Assembly: GCF_004010195.1 (NCBI RefSeq)
Contig: NC_057717.1
Coordinates: 73,622,087-73,660,433, forward strand
DNA from: Chiloscyllium plagiosum
Taxonomy: Eukaryota
Direction: 5' to 3'
Length of the DNA stretch: 38,347 nucleotides
Each line of letters begins with the position of its first letter. Position 1 is the stretch's first letter. This document shows, piece by piece, positions 32,857-38,347 of the stretch. Both the position numbers and the translations under genes were made by a program. Below the pieces are notes generated by a model, which saw nothing but the letters and a program-made list of their open reading frames with translations, was not told the origin of the DNA and made no database searches.

Positions 32857-33390
32857 TGTGGCAATGCTGTCCCTTTAACAGGTTAAATTGTCCTTTTTTT
32901 TCAAAGAGAGATCGTAAAGACAGAGGTGCTGAACTGTCTCGAACGAGCCAAGTGTAGCACTGACAGGGGAGTGGGAGAAAGTGAGGACTGCTGTTACTGG
33001 AGACCAGAGTTGAAAAGTGTGGCGTTGGAGAAGACCAGCAGGTAAAGCAATGAACAAGGAGCAGGAGAATCGACATTGAGGACTCAAGCACTTCAGGAGG
33101 AATCTTGCAGGGGAGTGGCAAGTTCTCCAACTTCAGTATTTTCTACTTTGGTTTTGTTGCAGCAGAGGTGGTCCTGAAGTGAAAAGGGTCCATGCTTCAG
33201 CAAATGATCACTTCCTGACTTTCTCTCTGTAATTTCTCCAGCCTGCAAGAAACTGTGTTTGAATGTGTCTTTTGTAAATGGGTGTGTTCATGGCATGTTG
33301 CAGGTATTGGAAAAGCTCCTCAGTTATGTTGTGCAATGGAGCAGGTTGATTTTCTAAAAAGGTAAGTTATTCTAAATTCTTTTGTTTGTC
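32857..33390 (+). mobile_element. LTR (5' part), related to the solo LTR at 21347
   Basis: Begins TGtggcaatgctgtccctttaacaggttaaattgtcc, versus TGtgatgatgctgcgcctttaacaaggttatattgtcc at 21347. Interrupted by a mini-PLE and then by CR1 element D. Confidence 0.62.
32975..33107 (-). mobile_element. Old short PLE-end-derived element
   Basis: 11-bp TSD caggggagtgg (32964-32974 / 33108-33118). Homologous to 3036-3165 and ends just beyond the decayed hammerhead position. Confidence 0.78.
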
Positions 33391-34198
33391 ATAGAGTCAA
33401 GGAGCCATAGAGATGTATAGCACGGAAACAGACCCTTCAGTCCAACCCGTCCATGCCGACCAGATATCCCAACCCTATCTAGTCCCACCTGCCAGCACCC
33501 AGCCCATATCCCTCCAAACCATTCCTATTCATATACCCTCCAGATGCCTTTTAAGTGTTGGAATTGTACCAGCCTCCACCATTTCCTCTGGAAGCTCATA
33601 CCATACATGTACCACCATCTACGTGAAAACGTTGCCCATTAGGTCCCTTTTATATTTTTCCCCTCTCACCCTAAATCTATGCTCGCTAGTTCTGGACTCC
33701 CACATCTCCAAAGAAAACATTTTATCTACTTATGCTATCCATGCTCCTCATAATTTTGTAAACTTCTACAAGGTCACCCCTCAGCTTCTGATGCTCCAGG
33801 GAAGACAGTCCAAGCCTGTTCACCCTCTCCCAATAGCACAAGTCCTCCAACCCTGGCAACATCCTTGTAAATCTTTTCTGAACCCTTTCAAGTTTCACAA
33901 CATAATTCCGATAGGAAGGAGACCAGAATTGCACGCAATATTCCAACAGTGGCCTAACCAATGTCCTGTACAGCCGCAACATGACCTCCCAACTCCTGTA
34001 CTCACTGTTACAAATAAAGAAAAGCACAATACTACACCTGCAATGTTGGTGTCATCTGCAAACTTACTAAGTATACCTCTCATGCTCAAATACAAAGCAT
34101 TTATATAAATGATGAGCATTAGTTCAAAGTTTGGGAGAAGATTTGTACCTCGTGTGCTCATTGTTGTGGTTCTGTTCGCCGAGCTGGGAATTTGTGTT

Positions 34199-34237
34199 TC
34201 AGACGTTTCGTCCCCGCATAGGTGACATCCTCAGTGC
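34199..34237 (-). ncRNA. Minimal type-I hammerhead ribozyme motif
   Basis: gca-CTGAGGA-T-GTCACC-TATGC-GGGGAC-GAAACGTC-tga. Confidence 0.7.
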
Positions 34238-34815
34238 TTGGGAGCCTCCTGTGAAGCGCTTCTGTGATGTTTCCTCCGGTATTTATAGTGATTTGTATCT
34301 GCTGCTTCCGGTTGTCAGTTCCAGCTGTCTGCTGCAGTGGCCGGTATATTGGGTCCAGGTCGATTTGTTCGTTGATTGAATCAGTGGATGAGTGCCATGC
34401 CTCTAGGAATTCCCTAGCTGTTCTCTGTTTGGCTTGTCCTATAACAGTAGTGTACAAACCATGAGCAAAACCAATGTAGTGTACAAACTCCAATGCAAGG
34501 ACTGCACAAAATACTACAATGGCAAACAGGAAATCAGCTAACGATTCGCATCCATGAACACCAACTAGCCACGAAACGACACGACCAGCTATCCTTAGTA
34601 GCCACACACTCAGATGACAAGCAACATAAGTTCGACTGGGACAACACTACTATTATAGGACAAGCCAAACAGAGAACAGCCAGGGAATTCCTAGAGGCAT
34701 GGCACTCATCCACTGATTCAATCAACAAGCACATCGACCAAGACCCAATATACCGGCCACTGCAGCGGACAGCTGTAACTGACAACCAGAAGCAGCAGAT
34801 ACAAATCACGATAAA

Positions 34816-34855
34816 TCACTGAGGATGTCATCTAGACAGGGGACGAAACGTCTGC
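34816..34855 (+). ncRNA. Minimal type-I hammerhead ribozyme motif
   Basis: tca-CTGAGGA (34819-34825)-T-GTCATCTAGACAGGGGAC-GAAACGTC (34845-34852)-tgc. Confidence 0.7.
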
Positions 34856-37705
34856 AACACAAATTCCCAGCTTGGCGAACAGAACCACAACGATGAGCAT
34901 TAGTGGACTCAGCACCAATCCACTGGTCACAGGCCTCCAGTCTGAAAAACAACCCTCAACTAACCCTCTGTCTACTACCTTTGATCCAGTTCTGCATCCA
35001 AATGGCTAGTTCTCCCTGCATTCCGTGAGATCTAACCTTGCTAACCAGTCTCCCATGGGGAACCTTATCGAATGCCTTACTGAAGTCCATAGAGATCACA
35101 TCTACCGTTCTGCCCTCATCGATCCTCTTTGTTACTTCTTGAAAATGCTCAGTCAAGTTTGTGAGACATGATTTCCCACGAACAAAGACATTTTGACTAT
35201 CCCTAATTAGTCCTTGCCTTTTCCAAATACATGTACATCTTGTCCCTCAGGATTCCCTAGAATAACTTATCTACCACCGACATCAGGCTCACTGGTCTAT
35301 AGTTCCCGGGCTTGTCCTTACCACCCTTCGTAAACAGTGGCACCACGTTAGCCAAGTTCCAGTCTTCCGTCACCTCACCTTCAGTATAGATGATACAAAT
35401 ATATCGGCAAGAGGCCCAGCAATCAATTCCCTCACTGATCAGGTTCCGGGGATTTACCCACCTTTATGTGTTTCAAGTCATAAAGCGCTTCCTCGTCTGT
35501 AATATGGACATGTTGTTCAAGATGTCGCCATCTATTTCCCTACATTCTATATCTTCCATGTCCTTTTCCACAGTGTACCTATCCCATTTTTTGTGGCTCC
35601 ACAAAAAGGCCACCTTGCTGATCTTTGAAGGGACCTATTCTCTCCCTAGTTACGCTTTTGTCCTACATGTGTTCGTAAAAACCCTTTGGATTCTCCGCAA
35701 TTCTATCTGCCGAAGCTATCTCATGTCCCCTTTTGCCTTCCTGATTGCCCTCTTAAATATACTCCTACTGCTTTTATACGCTACTAAGGATTCACTCGAT
35801 CTATCCTGTTTATACCTGACACATGCTTCCTTCTTGTTCTTAACGAAACCCTCAATTTCTTTAGTCATTCAGCATTCGTTATACCTACCAGCCTTTCGTT
35901 TCACCCTAATAGAAATATACGTTTGCTGGATTCTCATTATTTCATTCTTAAAGGCTTCCCATTCTCCCGTCATCCCTTTAGCTATGAACATCTGACCCCA
36001 AATGGGTTTTGAAAGTTCTTGCCTAATACTGTCAAAATTGGCCTTTCTCCGATTTAGAACTTCAACTTTTAGATCTGGTCTATCCTTTTCCATCACTATT
36101 CTAAATCTAGTAAAATTATGGTCGCTGGCGCCAAAGTGTTCACCCATTGACACCTCAGTCACCTGCCTTGCCTTATTTCCAAAGAGTAGGTCACGTTTTG
36201 CACCTTCTCTAGTAGGTACATCCACATACTGAATCAGAAAACGTTTTTGTCCACACTTAACAAATTTCTTTCCATCTAAACCCTGAACACTCTGGCAGTC
36301 CCAACCTATGTTTGGAAAGTTAAAATCCCCTACCATAACATCCTATTATACTTACAGACAGCTGAGACCTCTTTACAAATTTGTTCAAAAATTTCCCTCT
36401 GACTATTCGGGGATCTATAATACATCCAAATAACGTGGTCGTCTTTTTCGTATTTCTCAGTTCCACCCAAATAACGTGCCTGGATGTATTTCCGGGAATA
36501 TCCTCCCTCAGTACAGCCTTATCAAAAACGCCACGCCTCTCCTCTCTCTTGCCTCACTTTCTATCCTTCCTCTAACATTTATATCCTGGAACATTAAGGT
36601 GCCAGTCCTGCCCATCCCTGAGCCATATTTCTGTAATTACAATGATGTCCCACTCCCATGTTCCAAACCATGTCCTGAGTTCATCTGCCTTCCCTGTTAG
36701 GCCTCTTGCATTGAAATAAATGCAGTTTAATTTATTAGTCCTTCCTTGTCCCTGCCTGCCCAGACTGTTTGACTCGCTTCTGTTCTCAACTGTAACAGTC
36801 TCAGATTGATCAGTTTCCTCACTACCTCCCTGGGTGCCACCGCCCTCCGCCTCCCACCCCCCAAAACACCTTACTAGTTTAAATCCTCCCGAGCAGCTCT
36901 GGCAAATTAACCTGCAAGGATATTAGTCCCGCCCAATTTCGATGCAATCCGTCCTTCTTGTACTGGTCACTTCTACACCAAAAGACATTCCAATGATCCA
37001 AATATGAATACTTCTCCCATAAACCAGCTCCTCAACCGTGAATTCATCTTTTCTACCTTCCTTTCCTGCCCTCACGAGCTCATAGTACCGGGAGTAATCC
37101 AGATTTTGCTACTCTCGAGGATCTCCTTTTAAAAGTCCCTGCCTAAGACTCTGTAATCACTCTTCAGAATCTCAACCTCTTCCCTTCCTATGTCATTGGC
37201 TCCAATGTGGACGATGACATCTTGCTGGCCCCTCTTCCCCTTGAGAACATTATGCATCCTCTCTGAGATATCCTTGATCAGGGAAGCAACACAACATTCT
37301 GATGTTTCGCTGCTGGCCACAGAAACGTCTGTCTGTACTTTGGACTCGAGAGTTCCCTAACACAGTTGATCTCTTGGAACCCAACGTGCCCCTCATTGCA
37401 TTACAGCCAGTCTCAATACCAGAAACTTGGCTGTTCGCGCTACATTTCCCTGAGAATCCATCACCCCCTTCATTTTCCAAAACAGCATACTTGTTTGAAA
37501 TGGGGATAGCCACAGAAGACTCCTGTATTAACTGCCTAACTCTCTTACCTTTCCAGGAGTTAACCACTCTATGTGACTGTATCTGCGACTTTTCCTCTTT
37601 CTTATAACTGCCTATAACATCACATACTGTTCAAAGTTTGTGAGAAGATTTGTAGCTCGGGTGCTCGTTGCTGTGGTTCTGCTCGCCGAGCTGGAAGTTT
37701 TTGTT

Positions 37706-37745
37706 GCAAACGTTTCGTCCCCTGTCTAGGTGACATCCTCAGTGC
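37706..37745 (-). ncRNA. Minimal type-I hammerhead ribozyme motif (best-formed copy)
   Basis: GCA-CTGAGGA-T-[GTC-A-CCT-agac-AGG-G-GAC]-GAAACGTT-TGC. Stem I is GCA/UGC, helix III is the palindromic ACGU, and the cleavage triplet is GUU. Confidence 0.8.
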
Positions 37746-38347
37746 TTGGGAGCCTCCTGTGAAGCGCTTCTGGCGTGTTTCCACCGGCATTTATAGTGGC
37801 CTGTCCCTGCCACTTCCGGTTGTCAGTTTCAGCCGTCCGCTGCAGTGGCCGGTATATTGGGTCCAGGTCTATGTGTTTGTTGATGGAGTTTGTGGATGAG
37901 TGCCAAGCAACTAGGAATTCCCTGGCTGTTCTTTGTTTCGCTTGCCCTATAATGGTAGTGTTGTCCCAGTCAAATTCATGTTGCTTGCCATCTGCATGTG
38001 TGGCTACTAGGGATAGCTGGTCGTGTCGTTTCGTGGCTAGTTGATGTTCGTGGATGCGGATCATTAGCTGTCTTCCTGTTTGTCCTATATAGTGTTGTGT
38101 GCAGTCCTTGCATGGGATTTTGTACACTACATTAGTTTTGCTCATGCTGGGTATCGGATCCTTCGTTTTGGTGAGTTGTTGTCTGAGAGTGGCTGTTGGT
38201 TTGTGTGCTGTTATAAGTCCTAGTGGTCGCAGTAGTCTGGCTGTCAGTTCAGAGATGTTCTTGATGTATGGTAGTGTGGCTAATCCTTTGGGTTGCGGCA
38301 TGTCCTCGTTCCGTTGTCTTTCCCTTAGGCATCTGCTGATGAAATTG
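37726..38347 (-). CDS. PLE polyprotein C-terminus: linker + GIY-YIG endonuclease (partial, open at window edge)
   Basis: LPYIKNISE…VVYKIPCKDCTQHYIGQTGR…RIHEH…HEFDW…REFL.AW. No stops over more than 190 aa. Confidence 0.88.
   Translation of the reverse strand, partial: NFISRCLRERQRNEDMPQPKGLATLPYIKNISELTARLLRPLGLITAHKPTATLRQQLTKTKDPIPSMSKTNVVYKIPCKDCTQHYIGQTGRQLMIRIHEHQLATKRHDQLSLVATHADGKQHEFDWDNTTIIGQAKQRTAREFLVAWHSSTNSINKHIDLDPIYRPLQRTAETDNRKWQGQATINAGGNTPEALHRRLPSTEDVT

Larger units (their letters stand above)
34124..34891. mobile_element. Inverted (tail-out) Penelope/Poseidon-type PLE insertion
   Basis: 13-bp TSD gatgagcattagt (34111-34123 / 34892-34904). The left arm (34124-~34452) is the PLE 3' end on the minus strand. 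The right arm (~34458-34891) is GIY-YIG plus 3' end on the plus strand. Both arms are highly similar to 37630-38150. Confidence 0.92.
33391..37629 (-). mobile_element. Near full-length decayed CR1 element D
   Basis: ORF1 reads GNSRV…DRRFCG and VIVHIGAND. APE: MVGDFNFPNI, SDHN. RT: [35 protein letters not shown]. Tail (ctctatg). Interrupted by PLEs at 34124 and 37630. Confidence 0.92.
37630..38347 (-). mobile_element. Young Penelope/Poseidon-type PLE, 3' end (runs off window)
   Basis: Uninterrupted GIY-YIG ORF and terminal hammerhead. Same 3' terminus (tcttctc.caaactttga) as at 34124. Confidence 0.93.

Noticed and set aside
33413-35995. Long plus-strand ORFs (231 aa at 33413, 201 aa at 35390) and 8258-8785 minus
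   Set aside because: Antisense shadows of CR1 ORF2.

Overview
This is eukaryotic, repeat-dense vertebrate DNA. The SINE, LINE and Penelope repertoire points to a cartilaginous fish, most likely a shark (inference). There is no recognisable intact host gene; the only candidate is one 59-bp exon at 1432-1490. A 755-N assembly gap lies at 5399-6153. Most of the window is nested, decayed retroelements: (i) several CR1-clade LINEs with SGNH-esterase ORF1 and APE-RT ORF2; (ii) tRNA-derived V-SINE/HE1-type SINEs; (iii) a degenerate Gmr1-like Ty3/Gypsy element and related LTRs; (iv) Rex1/Babar-like fragments; (v) Penelope-like elements (PLEs) of two types. The most striking feature is a dense set of minimal type-I hammerhead ribozyme motifs (CUGANGA-stem II-GAAACGUH) carried by the PLE ends. 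A family of about 130-220 bp non-coding PLE-end insertions, mostly with 11-17 bp target-site duplications, has its 5' ends or fold-back centres at the hammerhead core, producing hairpins with arms up to 90 bp. A roughly 10-kb stack of nested insertions (12984-22778) can also be reconstructed. All family assignments come from motif recognition by eye, not from database searches.
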